Origin: a virus
Taxonomy: Duplodnaviria; Caudoviricetes
DNA length: 59,688 nucleotides
Reading direction: 5' to 3' (one strand)
IMG/VR virus record: IMGVR_UViG_3300033404_000002
Coordinates: 1 to 59,688 of that record
Shown here: one piece after another, positions 9,131-19,352 of the stretch
How positions within the stretch are numbered: position 1 is the stretch's first letter
Layout: every line of letters starts with the position of its first letter
The notes under the pieces: generated by a model
The model's database searches: none
What the model was told of the DNA's origin: nothing
What the model saw: only the letters and a program-made list of their open reading frames with translations
Made by a program: the position numbers and the translations under genes

Positions 9131-10513
9131 CTAGTCGGAGAGGTCATCGGTCGTAGCCGGCGGCTTGGGCGGCTGCGGCCCGGGCAAAGGCGGCAGCGGC
9201 AGCTCGGACGGATCCTCGTCCGGCAGGCCCGCCTGCTGGCGCAGGTGGCGCTGCGTGGCCGGTCCCGTGAGGTCGATTCCGGCGTTCGTGAGCTGCGCGA
9301 CGTACGCTCCCAGCTTCTCGATCGATACGCTTTCGATGTCGCCGTGCGCCAGCGTCGGCGTCTCATCGGCTACGAACGCGTTCAGCTCGAGCAGCCGTGG
9401 GATCGCGAAGCGGTTGAACTGCTCGACGATCGCCTCGAGAAACGCCCCGATGGCCACCGCAAACAGCTCAGTCTTGCTCTCAGCGAGCGCGAATGATCCG
9501 GTCTGCCCCGCCTGCCCCAGCATCAGGAAATCGGCGAGCACGGTGCCCACAATGCGGCGGTCGTAGCGATTGATGATCGCGTCGGTGTCGAACTGCCGCT
9601 GTCCGCCGGTTGTGAGCAGCTCGATTTTGTAGGTCTGGTTGCCCTTCTCGTCGTATGCCAGCGGAAATACGATGCCCTCTTTTTCATCGCGGCGAATGTT
9701 CGTCACGATCTGCTCGATTTCCCTGCGCAGTGCGCGCTGCTCGTCTGTGCAGTTCGGGTTTAGCAGCTTGGGCGGCACGAGCGCCATCGGCAGGCCGGTC
9801 AGGTCGCGGTCGACGCCGATTGCCTCGATCGTCTCGATTTTGGTTTTCATGTACCAGGGCCGGTAGGCGTTGCGCAGGATGCTGCGCCCTTCTGGATTGC
9901 CTTTGTGCGCGCTCGGACGAAACAGCAGCAGCCGCTGAATCGGGATGACGCGGATGCGGAAATCCGGCAGCGCCTGTTGATGCAGCCCGATCACGTCGCC
10001 GTGCTCGTCGAACAGCCACCGCTCGATGGTTTCCTGCGCGCGCAGCGCGAGCCGCTTCCAGCCGATGCGCCCGTCTCGGTGTTTGGATCCGAGCGCCGGG
10101 TCGATGTTGCGGCCGCTCCTGCGTTTGTAGACCTCCTCGATCGGTGCGAAGCCAGCCCAGAGCATCGAGAGAATCTCGGAGAGCGTATCGTCCCACGTGT
10201 CATGCATGTCGAAGAGGCAGCTCTCGACGAATTCGGCGATATCGACGTCTCGTGGCGACTCGCTCGCCGGCTCTACGCTCCAGTCTACTTGCCGGATGAG
10301 CATCTCGATCGCGAACAGCAGCGCGCCGATGACCGGGTCGTTGTCGCGCATCTGCTTGAGCACTTTGATTCCGCGCTTGCCGCGCAGCTCGGGCAAGAAC
10401 TCCTCATGAATCATTCCGCCGTGCTGCTCGAGCCCAGAGACTCCGAGTGCTTCGAGCGGGTCGGTGCGGTCCGCTCCCGGCAGGAGCTTCAGCACACTGT
10501 CGTCTGTGGCCAC
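9131..10513 (-). CDS. Portal protein (DUF935/Mu gp29-like)
   Basis: EEFLPELRG...QMRDNDP...NPEGRSILRNAY...GSFALAESK; directly after terL. Confidence 0.9.
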   Translation of the reverse strand: MATDDSVLKLLPGADRTDPLEALGVSGLEQHGGMIHEEFLPELRGKRGIKVLKQMRDNDPVIGALLFAIEMLIRQVDWSVEPASESPRDVDIAEFVESCLFDMHDTWDDTLSEILSMLWAGFAPIEEVYKRRSGRNIDPALGSKHRDGRIGWKRLALRAQETIERWLFDEHGDVIGLHQQALPDFRIRVIPIQRLLLFRPSAHKGNPEGRSILRNAYRPWYMKTKIETIEAIGVDRDLTGLPMALVPPKLLNPNCTDEQRALRREIEQIVTNIRRDEKEGIVFPLAYDEKGNQTYKIELLTTGGQRQFDTDAIINRYDRRIVGTVLADFLMLGQAGQTGSFALAESKTELFAVAIGAFLEAIVEQFNRFAIPRLLELNAFVADETPTLAHGDIESVSIEKLGAYVAQLTNAGIDLTGPATQRHLRQQAGLPDEDPSELPLPPLPGPQPPKPPATTDDLSD

Positions 10514-11892
10514 TACATTGCCCCCCAGGGTGAACTGCGGTCGGCCTTGCCAATACCGCTCACGCTCTGCACCTCGTCGAGTTTACTGCCCATCAGCTCG
10601 GTGATCGCCCACACCAGAGCATCGAGCCGGCCGGGCGAGTAGTCCGACTGTCCCGGCACAAAATTGCAGCATTGATCCTCCAGGTCGGTGAAATATCCGA
10701 CGTGGTGCACCCGTCCCTGCTCGTAGAGCCCGACGATCGGCTCGGCCCGGATCGCCTTGCCGCGCGATGCGTTCACAGCCTTGTAGGGGAATTCCTCGCG
10801 GACGGTGCGCAGGGTGATCTCGACGAGCTCGCCGCCGTTGTTGACCTCGCCGACGATGCGGTCGGCGCTCTGTGCATCGAACACGTCGAGCACCTTGTGC
10901 GACCACTGGAGCGGACCCATGTCGCCGCTCTCATCCTGCAGCACGTAGAAATGCGAGGTGAGCTTGCCGCGCGCGTTTCGGTGCCAGGAACGGCCCGCCG
11001 CCACGATGCCAACCTCGTCCGCATCCTCGCCGGTCGTGGTGTTGGGATCGACCGCGACGACGATGCGGTCAAGGTCCGGCGTCACTTCGCCCGCGCCCAG
11101 TCGGTGATCGTCGAAGAGCTTGCGGCCCCAGAGCGCGCCGTCGGCCTCGTCGAGAATCTTGGCAAAGATCTCCTGTTGGCCTTTGGTCGTCCCTGCGTTC
11201 TTCTCGATCACCTCATCGAAAAACGAGGGTGCGAGATTGCGCTGGTTGTCGTACGTCGAGCCGCCCGTGACCACAGTGTGATCACGCGCGTACAGCTCCT
11301 TCAGGAAGCGCAGCGGCCTCGGGGTCGTGGTGATGCACAGACGCGGCTTTGGGCCCGCGCGCAGCGTATACATCAGGTTATCCCATGACGCGCGCAGCCG
11401 GACCCAGGATGCGAGCTCGTCCGCCCATGCGAATTCAAACTCCGGACCGCGGATCGAGTCGGGTTTCTCGGCCGAACGGCACAGCACTTTCGAGCCGTTC
11501 GGGAAGATCAGCCGGCGGTTGCTGGGCTCGTATTTGGGCATCTCCCAGGGCGCGCAGCACGCCAGGATGCCGGAGGGCCCCTCGATCATGACGTCGCGGA
11601 TGTCGGCCGCGGTGCGCGCGATGATGCCGCCTCGGCGTCCAGGCGCGCGCAGCGCCTCTTTACGAATCCACTCTGCGCCCGTCCGGGTCTTCCCAAATCC
11701 GCGGCCTGCGTTTAGCGCCCAAATGAACCAGGGCCCTTCGGGCTCGCACTGCTCGGGGCGTGCAAATTCGCCCTCCCAGTCGAACAGACTCGCGGCGATT
11801 TCGCGCTGCTCCTGCTCGCCCAGGTCGGTGAGCAGCGTGCGCACCGCATCGTCCGGCTCATCGATGAGCTGCTCGAGGAGCTCGCTACGCAA
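10513..11892 (-). CDS. terL: Terminase large subunit
   Basis: Walker A AGRGFGKT, Walker B AWADE, TTTP coupling motif, nuclease VAVDP and RLDALVWA. Confidence 0.95.
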   Translation of the reverse strand: MRSELLEQLIDEPDDAVRTLLTDLGEQEQREIAASLFDWEGEFARPEQCEPEGPWFIWALNAGRGFGKTRTGAEWIRKEALRAPGRRGGIIARTAADIRDVMIEGPSGILACCAPWEMPKYEPSNRRLIFPNGSKVLCRSAEKPDSIRGPEFEFAWADELASWVRLRASWDNLMYTLRAGPKPRLCITTTPRPLRFLKELYARDHTVVTGGSTYDNQRNLAPSFFDEVIEKNAGTTKGQQEIFAKILDEADGALWGRKLFDDHRLGAGEVTPDLDRIVVAVDPNTTTGEDADEVGIVAAGRSWHRNARGKLTSHFYVLQDESGDMGPLQWSHKVLDVFDAQSADRIVGEVNNGGELVEITLRTVREEFPYKAVNASRGKAIRAEPIVGLYEQGRVHHVGYFTDLEDQCCNFVPGQSDYSPGRLDALVWAITELMGSKLDEVQSVSGIGKADRSSPWGAM

Positions 11893-12241
11893 CTACGGGA
11901 AGCACCGATGAGCGCTGCGCTTTGAGCCCTGGTCCGCCGTCAAAGTCGATCGTGACGAGCACGATCTGCCCGGCCGCGAAGCCGTTCGCAGCGTCGATAA
12001 AGACGCTGGTCTGGTAATCGTTCGACGGCGGACTGACCTCGGGCATCGGCACGGGTCCCAAAATCGGCAGACCCGTGCCGTGGTCTGTGAACGAGACGGT
12101 CACCGTGGCACCCGTCACCTCGCTCGGAGGTGTGTCCGCCTCGTTCAGCGCATCGAGAAACTGGAACAGCGCATCGGAGTTGAACGCCATGCTACCGCAC
12201 TCGGTGAGCGTGATGCCGTTGACGAGTGCGTTGCATGCCAT
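11885..12241 (-). CDS. Hypothetical beta-rich (Ig-like) virion protein
   Basis: GAGG RBS before ATG 12241; beta-strand pattern. Confidence 0.5.
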   Translation of the reverse strand: MACNALVNGITLTECGSMAFNSDALFQFLDALNEADTPPSEVTGATVTVSFTDHGTGLPILGPVPMPEVSPPSNDYQTSVFIDAANGFAAGQIVLVTIDFDGGPGLKAQRSSVLPVVA

Positions 12242-12243
12242 AG

Positions 12244-12471
12244 CTACCTCACCCGCTCCGCGATGTCCTTGGCGTACTCCGCGAGCCATCCATTGGTATA
12301 TTGATATTCCATCCCGGGCGTCAGCTTGAGAAGCACAGATTCGACCTTTCCGGGTGAGAGATGTCCGTCGCGCATGAGCCAATAGAGCAGCGCAACGAGC
12401 GGGTCTGACGATGAGACGGACCCTGAGCGCTCTCGCATAGCCTCATTGGATCCGCCCACCGACTCCGCCAT
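12244..12471 (-). CDS. Hypothetical protein
   Basis: Tightly packed co-oriented ORF. Confidence 0.55.
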   Translation of the reverse strand: MAESVGGSNEAMRERSGSVSSSDPLVALLYWLMRDGHLSPGKVESVLLKLTPGMEYQYTNGWLAEYAKDIAERVR

Positions 12472-13044
12472 TTATACGCCCAGCATCTCGTGATTTACGA
12501 ACACCTTGAGCGTATCGTCGGCCGTCTTGTCGAACGACGCGGCGAATGCGTAGCCCGTGAGCAGCGGCTCGGAAGCGCCCGGAGAGGTGTTCGTGATCGT
12601 GCCGTGCGTGATCCCGGCCTGCGTGAAGTCGCCCTGCGTCCAGCTCGTGCGCCAGGTCACCACGTCGATGCCGGTCGTGCCCGAATTGTCGGCATCTCCG
12701 TCGTCGGTCTGCGGATACGATCCGTCGATCGCTTTCTGCGTCGCGGTGACGACGGTGAAATCGGACCGATCGGCTGTCTTGCCGGGCGTCCCAGCCGTCG
12801 CCAATTCCATGATGGGCGTTCCGAAATTCGTCGGCGTCTCGCCCGCACCCTGCTCGGCGTAGTATTGATCCCCGAGGTCGGTGACGATGTTCGACGCAGG
12901 GATGACGAGCAAGCCGCTGGGCCTGTGCAGCACCGCGAAGACGTTTCTGTGTCGCGGCTGGAGCGCGTCGAAGCGGCGGAACCATAGGCCCGCACGGCTG
13001 CGCAGCACGCCCTCGAGTCCGTCTACTGCTGATCTGATGAGCAT
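12472..13044 (-). CDS. Putative virion structural protein (fibre-associated type)
   Basis: NIVTDLG...VTWRTSWTQG...FDKTADDTLKVFVNH pattern resembles phage fibre-anchor-like proteins; Thr/Gly-rich. Confidence 0.55.
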   Translation of the reverse strand: MLIRSAVDGLEGVLRSRAGLWFRRFDALQPRHRNVFAVLHRPSGLLVIPASNIVTDLGDQYYAEQGAGETPTNFGTPIMELATAGTPGKTADRSDFTVVTATQKAIDGSYPQTDDGDADNSGTTGIDVVTWRTSWTQGDFTQAGITHGTITNTSPGASEPLLTGYAFAASFDKTADDTLKVFVNHEMLGV

Positions 13045-13064
13045 CGGTGCAAATCCTCCGGCGT

Positions 13065-13280
13065 CTAGTGGATAGAGCGGGCGCTGCCGCTCGGAATGTC
13101 TCTGAGCACTGCGCTGACGTGTTCCTTGACGGGCTCGCGCGAGTTCGCGCCGCTGCGCCCGGGCTTCGCAGCGCGCTCCTGCAGCACGTTTGAGACCGCG
13201 AGCAGTACGACTAGCGTTACGAAGCCGCCCGCAGCGAATGCGATCAGGAGCAGCAGCAAGCTTCCGAAGACGCCAAACAT
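13065..13280 (-). CDS. Small membrane protein
   Basis: N-terminal hydrophobic helix. Confidence 0.5.
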   Translation of the reverse strand: MFGVFGSLLLLLIAFAAGGFVTLVVLLAVSNVLQERAAKPGRSGANSREPVKEHVSAVLRDIPSGSARSIH

Positions 13281-13298
13281 ATTACAGCCCTCGCTTTT

Positions 13299-16200
13299 TC
13301 ACGGTTCATCGATGCGGACAGTGCCGCGCACCGCACTCTGCCCCATGCGCACACGGCCGGACACGGTGCCAGCGCCGAAGATCGCGGACGCTGAGACGGC
13401 GGCTCGGATGATCGCGCGTCCGATGAGCTTGCCGACCGTGCCGAGCGCGTCCAGCTGACTCTCGAGCACGCTCACCAGGTCCTCGGCGACGCGGACGATG
13501 CCGCGCACGCGGACCGCCTCGTCGAGCAGGCTCTCGAGCTCGGTGTGCACGCGCGCGAGCGCGCGGCTGCGTGTGGCGACTTCGATCGACCGGACCAGGT
13601 CCTCGGCGATGCGGACGAGCCCGAGCGCGTGCGCACTGCTGTGCACGATCTGGACGGCGTGCGTGACGGCGCGCAGCAGTCCGCGGCTGTGTGTGGCGCT
13701 CTCGGGCAGCTGCTCTGCCTCATCGACGCTCTTGAGCAGCCCCAGCGCGTGCCGCGCGCTCTCAGTGAGCTGCACGAGCGCCGAAACCGCTCGGCTGAGG
13801 TCCCTTGGGGCCCGCGTGCTCTCGCCCCGCTGCACGAGCTCATCCGATAGACGTGCGAGCGTGCGAGTGCGCACAGCGCCCTCTATCAGCGTCACCAGGG
13901 CGCCCACGGCCCGAATCAAGCCGACCCGCCGGGCGAGCGTCTCAGCGAGCTGCACCGTCTCGCTGACCGCCTTGCGCAGCCCGGTGACGCGCAGCGCCTG
14001 CTCTACGATCTGGACCGGCTCGCTGTGCTGGCGCATGCGACCGCGCAAAAGATCAGCAGATTCAAGCACTTGCACGACTTCCGAGAGCGCCCGTGCGAGC
14101 GTGCGGGCACGCACCTGCGCGTCGGCGAGCTGCACGAGCTCATCGATAGCGCGGACGGCGCTCCGCAGCCGAGCGATCGTTTCGGCGACCGAGAGCTGCT
14201 CATCCCTGAAGCGAAGCAGCCCGCGCACCCGGCTCGTCGACTCAGAAAGCTGCAGCGCCTCGTCGGCCGCGCGCACCAGGCCGCGCACCTGCAGTGCGCT
14301 CCCCAGCACCTGTAGCGCCTCGTCGGCCACGCGCACAAGCGCGAACATGCGCGCCACGCTCTGGGCCAGCCGCTCTGTCTCATCGACCGCGCGGGCAAGC
14401 GTCCGCACGCGCTCCGCGTCCTCGAGCGCATTTTCGAGCTCATCGGTCGCACGCACCAGTCCGCGGATCGCGGCGAGCGTTTGCGCGACCTGCACGAGCT
14501 CACCGTGCGCCCGGACGAGTCCCAGCGCGCGCACTGCGCCCTCGCTGCTCTCGATCACGTCGGCGAGCACGCGGACGAGGCCACGTACGCTGACCGAGTC
14601 TTCGAGCAGCTGCAGCGCCTCGTCGATGACTTGCACAATCTTCGCGACGCCGGCCTGGACGACGTCCTCGAGTATTCGTTCCGTCTCGTCGACGGCGCGC
14701 ACCAGGCCGCGCAACTTGGCTGCGCTCTCGGTGAGCTGCACGAGCTCGGATATGGACCGGATCAGCGTCCGCGCTGCGGCGTGCGTCTGTGCGAGCTGCT
14801 CGAGCTCCTGGACCGCTCTGGCGAGCGCGCGGGCGCGCACGGCGCTCTCTGAGATGCTCTGCGACTCGCTGACCGCTCTGGCGAGTGCGCGGATGCGGGC
14901 GAGTGTCTCGCCGAGCTCCAGCGCTTCGCTGACCGCTTTGCAGATGGCGCGAATGTGCGCCACGTCCTCGGCGATCTGCTCTGGCTCATCGACCGCGCGC
15001 GAGAGCGCGCGCATGCGCGCAGACGTCTCGTCGGCTGTGATGCTCTCGCCCGCCAGCCGCGCCATCGTGCGCACGCGGAGCACGTCCTGCTCGGCCGTGA
15101 CGGATCCGTCCCGGGTCCGCGCCATCGTGCGCGCACGCCCGGGCACCTCGGCGAGCGTCACCGCGTCGCCTGCAGCGCGAATCAGTCCGCTCGCGCGCGC
15201 GATGCTCTCGGCCACATCGACCGCCTCGCTGATCTGGCGGATCAGTGCACGCACGCCGGCGCGCGTCTCGTCTGGGCTGAGCTCCTCGCTGCGCTGGCGC
15301 GAGAGCTCGCGTGCGGCGAGCCGCGTCTCATCCAGCTCGACCGTCTCGCCGTGCACCTGCGCCAGCAGCGCGCCCGAGACGTTCTCGATCACGCAGTGCA
15401 GCTGCGCGCGGCCGGCTGCAAGGACGAATTGCCAGGAAATGGCATAGCCCGTGTCCGAGTAATTGACCATCAGCGCGCCGAGGTCGGTCGACACTGTGCG
15501 GCAGCGCAGCACGTGCTGCAGCAGATGCTCCTGCTGTTCGTTCGACGTGCTCTGACCGTCTTCGGAGTTGACCTGCACGCAGCCGATCACTGCAGGCTCG
15601 CGGTCGTTCGCCGCTACGTAGCTGAGCGACTGCGGGCCCGCATCGACGTCCTGCTCGAGCGTCCCGACGGTTTGCACGCGAGAGCCTCCGAACAGGATGC
15701 AGTGCGGCCTCCAGCCGATGTTGCGGTCGACGATTCCGGTCCCCGTCGGGCTGGACACAAAGCCGAATTCGGTGCGCGCACCCGGCCAGCGAATGGCGAG
15801 ATAGGCGACCTGGACGGTGCCGGGCGTGTCCTGATGGTTGACCAGGCGGAATCCCGCATCGCGCTCGGGCTCTGCTTTGACTTTCCATTGCGCACCGCTG
15901 GCTGAGCTCACGCCGGCCACAAAGCCGCTGTCTGCGGCGCTGACGGGTGCCGTCGTCGTCACGCCACTCGGGATCGTGTGACAGAGCATTGCCTGCTCGG
16001 TGGCCGCGCCCAGCCGCGTGCGCAGCCGTGCACCGCCGAACGTATAGCTCGCACCTGTGATTGCCGAGTCGTTCAGCTGACCTCCGGCGCCGGCCATGAA
16101 CAGCACGTCCGGGTCGCCGATCGAGAGCGCGACCGAAGACACGTTCCCGCGCCCTGGCACGGTCGCGATCCCTGCCTGGATCTCGAGCTCTTCGCCTGCG

Positions 16201-17594
16201 AAAAACAGGAAGTCGACGAGGTACGCCACACCGTTCGTTGCGCCGATGTTGATACGGATCCCATCGGGCACGAACGCATCGAGGTTCGCCTCGACCGCGA
16301 CCGCGCCGGCCGTGCCGCTGCCGGTCTGCAGCAGCATGATCAGCTCATCGCTAGCCCCGCGGCTGTGCACCTGCGTCGTACCCACTGCGTCTACGGAGCG
16401 CATAGCGCAGGCCGCCTGCGCGGGTCCGGTAGCGCTCGCAAAGCCTCTGCAGACCGATAGATTATCGGTCAATCCTCCCGCGGTGCCGGTCCGTGTGATG
16501 CCCAGCACGAGCACGCCTTTGGGCGTACGTCCACCGAGCGTGTTGTTCGTGGCCGTGATGGTCTGCAGCCCGGTCGATGTGTTGAGCGCCACGCGCCTGT
16601 GCACCGCAGCCACGCGCGGCCGCGTATCCACCACGATCACGCGTTTCGCTGCACTGCGATTCCCGCCGTTGTCGGTGACGAATACGTACATCCGCCCTTG
16701 CGCGATCGCACCGCGATTCGCGGTGAAGGTGATGGACGAGGCGGACCATGACGTGACGGTCTGCGTCACTTTCGTCGCAGCCGCGTAGTTGGAGCTGCTG
16801 GCGAGCTCTACCGTTCCTGCGCCCTGCGTGGCCCCAAACAGGCTGCCCGCTGCGACCGTGCTGGCACCCTGCGCGATCCAGGTATCGGCTGCCTGCGGCG
16901 ATGCCGTGACGCTCGAGACCGAGATACGCGCCTCGGGAATCCGAATCGAGATGCCGTTGTTCTCTTCGCTCGAGTTCGGATTCCACGTGCGCGTGGCGGA
17001 TGCACCCGGCGATGCCTGGATCTCGATTGCGCTCGCCAGCGAGACGTCCGCGCCGAACGTCCCGCCGTTGCTCATCGTGGCCTGAATAAACGTCGTGCTG
17101 CCGGGTGCGATGTTCGATTCGGTACCCGGTACCTCATCGTCGTCGATCAGCGCGACGCGCAAGATCGCCTCATTCGAGTAGACCGTCGTGACGGACGGGG
17201 ATACAGGGTCGCCCGAGCCTTGCGGATTCTCGGCAATCTGCGCAATGCCGTGCACGCCCGAGTCCGGGTCGTAGCCGCGAATCGCGATGATCTGTCCGAC
17301 CATCAGCGAAGAGGTCGAGCACGTCCAGGTATACGAGGCCGGCTCGCTGCTCGCGATGCGCGTCTGGATCAGCAGCTCGGGCACGCTCGGAGGTGAGCCG
17401 CCCGAGATGTAGCGCCCGCCGGGCTGCCGGGTCCAGTCCTTGTGATGGTCCGTTACGCCGTCTTCGTTCTCCCCCTGCGCGATGAGCGCTACGAGCAGGT
17501 CCCCGTCTGCGTGCGTGGGCACCGACACCGCGAGCGAGGTGACCTCGGAGCTGCCGGACGTGGCCTCGGCGTTGCCGATCACGGTTACCGCCAC
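13299..17594 (-). CDS. Giant (1431 aa) putative virion fibre protein: beta-rich N-terminal domains plus about 30 20-aa repeats
   Basis: Repeats such as VRAVDETERLAQSVARMFAL and VRAADEALQLSESTSRVRGL; IPT-like segment VTSWSASSITFT. Confidence 0.7.
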   Translation of the reverse strand: MAVTVIGNAEATSGSSEVTSLAVSVPTHADGDLLVALIAQGENEDGVTDHHKDWTRQPGGRYISGGSPPSVPELLIQTRIASSEPASYTWTCSTSSLMVGQIIAIRGYDPDSGVHGIAQIAENPQGSGDPVSPSVTTVYSNEAILRVALIDDDEVPGTESNIAPGSTTFIQATMSNGGTFGADVSLASAIEIQASPGASATRTWNPNSSEENNGISIRIPEARISVSSVTASPQAADTWIAQGASTVAAGSLFGATQGAGTVELASSSNYAAATKVTQTVTSWSASSITFTANRGAIAQGRMYVFVTDNGGNRSAAKRVIVVDTRPRVAAVHRRVALNTSTGLQTITATNNTLGGRTPKGVLVLGITRTGTAGGLTDNLSVCRGFASATGPAQAACAMRSVDAVGTTQVHSRGASDELIMLLQTGSGTAGAVAVEANLDAFVPDGIRINIGATNGVAYLVDFLFFAGEELEIQAGIATVPGRGNVSSVALSIGDPDVLFMAGAGGQLNDSAITGASYTFGGARLRTRLGAATEQAMLCHTIPSGVTTTAPVSAADSGFVAGVSSASGAQWKVKAEPERDAGFRLVNHQDTPGTVQVAYLAIRWPGARTEFGFVSSPTGTGIVDRNIGWRPHCILFGGSRVQTVGTLEQDVDAGPQSLSYVAANDREPAVIGCVQVNSEDGQSTSNEQQEHLLQHVLRCRTVSTDLGALMVNYSDTGYAISWQFVLAAGRAQLHCVIENVSGALLAQVHGETVELDETRLAARELSRQRSEELSPDETRAGVRALIRQISEAVDVAESIARASGLIRAAGDAVTLAEVPGRARTMARTRDGSVTAEQDVLRVRTMARLAGESITADETSARMRALSRAVDEPEQIAEDVAHIRAICKAVSEALELGETLARIRALARAVSESQSISESAVRARALARAVQELEQLAQTHAAARTLIRSISELVQLTESAAKLRGLVRAVDETERILEDVVQAGVAKIVQVIDEALQLLEDSVSVRGLVRVLADVIESSEGAVRALGLVRAHGELVQVAQTLAAIRGLVRATDELENALEDAERVRTLARAVDETERLAQSVARMFALVRVADEALQVLGSALQVRGLVRAADEALQLSESTSRVRGLLRFRDEQLSVAETIARLRSAVRAIDELVQLADAQVRARTLARALSEVVQVLESADLLRGRMRQHSEPVQIVEQALRVTGLRKAVSETVQLAETLARRVGLIRAVGALVTLIEGAVRTRTLARLSDELVQRGESTRAPRDLSRAVSALVQLTESARHALGLLKSVDEAEQLPESATHSRGLLRAVTHAVQIVHSSAHALGLVRIAEDLVRSIEVATRSRALARVHTELESLLDEAVRVRGIVRVAEDLVSVLESQLDALGTVGKLIGRAIIRAAVSASAIFGAGTVSGRVRMGQSAVRGTVRIDEP

Positions 17595-17832
17595 GCTGCC
17601 CCCCCGTTGCCTATTGCTGCGCTATCGACCGATCGATAATGTTCTGCCGTGATCGGCCGATAGGATGGGTACACAGACACGGGAGCCCGCACCATGATCC
17701 GACACCAGAACGCCGCTCAGCCGATCCAGACCCGCGCGATGTTTGGCGCGCTTGATTTTGCCGAGCTGCTCTGCGAGCTGCTGTTCGAGGCATGGCGCGA
17801 GCATCTCGAACGCGGCACGGCGGAGGAAGGTG

Positions 17833-18438
17833 TTAGGGCGCAGTCCCGCCGAGCTCGTTGACCGCCACGATGACGCGCGCGGTCGCTTCTGGGCCCGTGC
17901 CGTAGAGCACGCGCTCGAGCACCGCACCGCTCGCTACCACCTCGTTCGTCAGCAGGTCGCCCGTCACATCGATGCGGGTCGTGGTGCCGCCCGCTATGCG
18001 GTAGATCCCGTTATTGGGGCCCGAGGCGCCCGGCACGGTGACTAGGCGAAAGCTCTGGCCGGCTGCGAATCCGTCTGCGGCGAAGCTGCCTGCGCTGCGC
18101 GTGATGGTATCGGGACCAGCCTCGACGTTCGCGATTGTGATCTGCGGATTGCCGGTCATGACTACACCATCGTTCACCAGCAGCTCGCCGATGCCGGCAA
18201 TGTCTTCGATCACGCTGGCGAGTTGCTCGCGCGCGGCAGCATTCGCGAGCGTCTGCGCCCAGCCGATGAGCGTAGACAGCTCGGACTGTTCGGATGCGCT
18301 CATGCCGAACATAGCGTGCAGCTGCGCGGGTGTGAGCTTGCCGCGGATCAGCTCGCGCATCGCAGAGCCGAAGGACATGACGGGAATGCGCGCCTCGCCC
18401 TCGGCGAGCCGGCCGATGAGTCGTTCAAACAGGCCCAT
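17833..18438 (-). CDS. Hypothetical protein with beta-rich virion-type C-terminal domain
   Basis: AAGGA RBS; DTITRSAGSFAADGFAAGQ...NNGIYRI motif. Confidence 0.6.
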   Translation of the reverse strand: MGLFERLIGRLAEGEARIPVMSFGSAMRELIRGKLTPAQLHAMFGMSASEQSELSTLIGWAQTLANAAAREQLASVIEDIAGIGELLVNDGVVMTGNPQITIANVEAGPDTITRSAGSFAADGFAAGQSFRLVTVPGASGPNNGIYRIAGGTTTRIDVTGDLLTNEVVASGAVLERVLYGTGPEATARVIVAVNELGGTAP

Positions 18439-18880
18439 GAGCTTCCTTTCGGCCGATCGGCACATCGTGAAATAGCGGGTCGTAGCGCTGCGCACGGCGC
18501 AGTGCGGTGTCCACCGAGCCCTCGTCCTGCTCGATCGCAAAAACGTCGTAGCAGCCCTCTGCGAGCGCACCGAGCACGGTAGAGCCCGAGCCATCGAACC
18601 AGTCACAGTCTATCGCCCATCGCATGGGCTCCGCTCCGAACGCGTCTGTCAGATGTCCGCGCGGCAAACTGCATAATTTCAAGTCGGAGATCTCGAAGCT
18701 CACCGATTCGCGGTGACAATCCGCGCGGTAGCGCGTGATGCGCAATGCAGAATTGCGCTCGATCGAGAAGCGCTTCACGGGCCTCCTACAGATGGCGCAC
18801 CACGGGGGCTCTACTTGCCCCATGCCTACGGCAACCTCTGAGTCGACCGTGCGGCTCAGATCCGCAACAAAGCCGTTCAC
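18425..18880 (-). CDS. Hypothetical protein (CxxC)
   Basis: Overlapping co-oriented ORF. Confidence 0.5.
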   Translation of the reverse strand: MNGFVADLSRTVDSEVAVGMGQVEPPWCAICRRPVKRFSIERNSALRITRYRADCHRESVSFEISDLKLCSLPRGHLTDAFGAEPMRWAIDCDWFDGSGSTVLGALAEGCYDVFAIEQDEGSVDTALRRAQRYDPLFHDVPIGRKEAHGPV

Positions 18881-19116
18881 GGCTCGGGGTCGAGCGAGTC
18901 GTGATGCATCGCGATTCCTTGATTCGCGCGAAAGCGCACAGCCTCGAGCTCGGTGAGCGCAAGCGCCTGCTCACGCGAGAACGGCACGAGATTGCGGATG
19001 AGCTTGGCGAGCTCGTAGCACGCCTCGTTGACTGCATCGTGACGCACGACCGCCTCTTTCGTCGGTGCGTGATACCGGAAGCGCTCGAGCAGCTCAGCAT
19101 CGGTCGGTGCGGGCAT
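18877..19116 (-). CDS. Acb2/Tad1-like helical-hairpin protein (candidate signalling-molecule sponge)
   Basis: RFRYHAP...LAKLIRNLVPFSREQALALTELEAVRFRANQGIA matches the family pattern; GAGG RBS. Confidence 0.65.
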   Translation of the reverse strand: MPAPTDAELLERFRYHAPTKEAVVRHDAVNEACYELAKLIRNLVPFSREQALALTELEAVRFRANQGIAMHHDSLDPEP

Positions 19117-19352
19117 CGGTCACCTCTTTCGCGGTTTGCCCCAGCGGGTGCTGTGCACGTGACAGCAGACCGGCGCGCGTTTGCGCGGTGGCGGAGGAGG
19201 AGGAGGAGGGCGCGGGCCAACCGGTGCGCGGGTCTGCGGCTTTGGATTGTCCACGACGCGGCGCCCTGCGCCATCACTGAGCTGGAGTCGGATCGACTGC
19301 ACGAGGCAGATCAGCCCGAGCGCGAACAGCACTAGCGTCCAGTCCCCCTCGG

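Noticed and set aside
13498-15447. 649-aa plus-strand ORF
   Set aside because: Antisense shadow of the repeat region of the 1431-aa gene; Ser/Arg/Thr-rich composition typical of high-GC shadow frames
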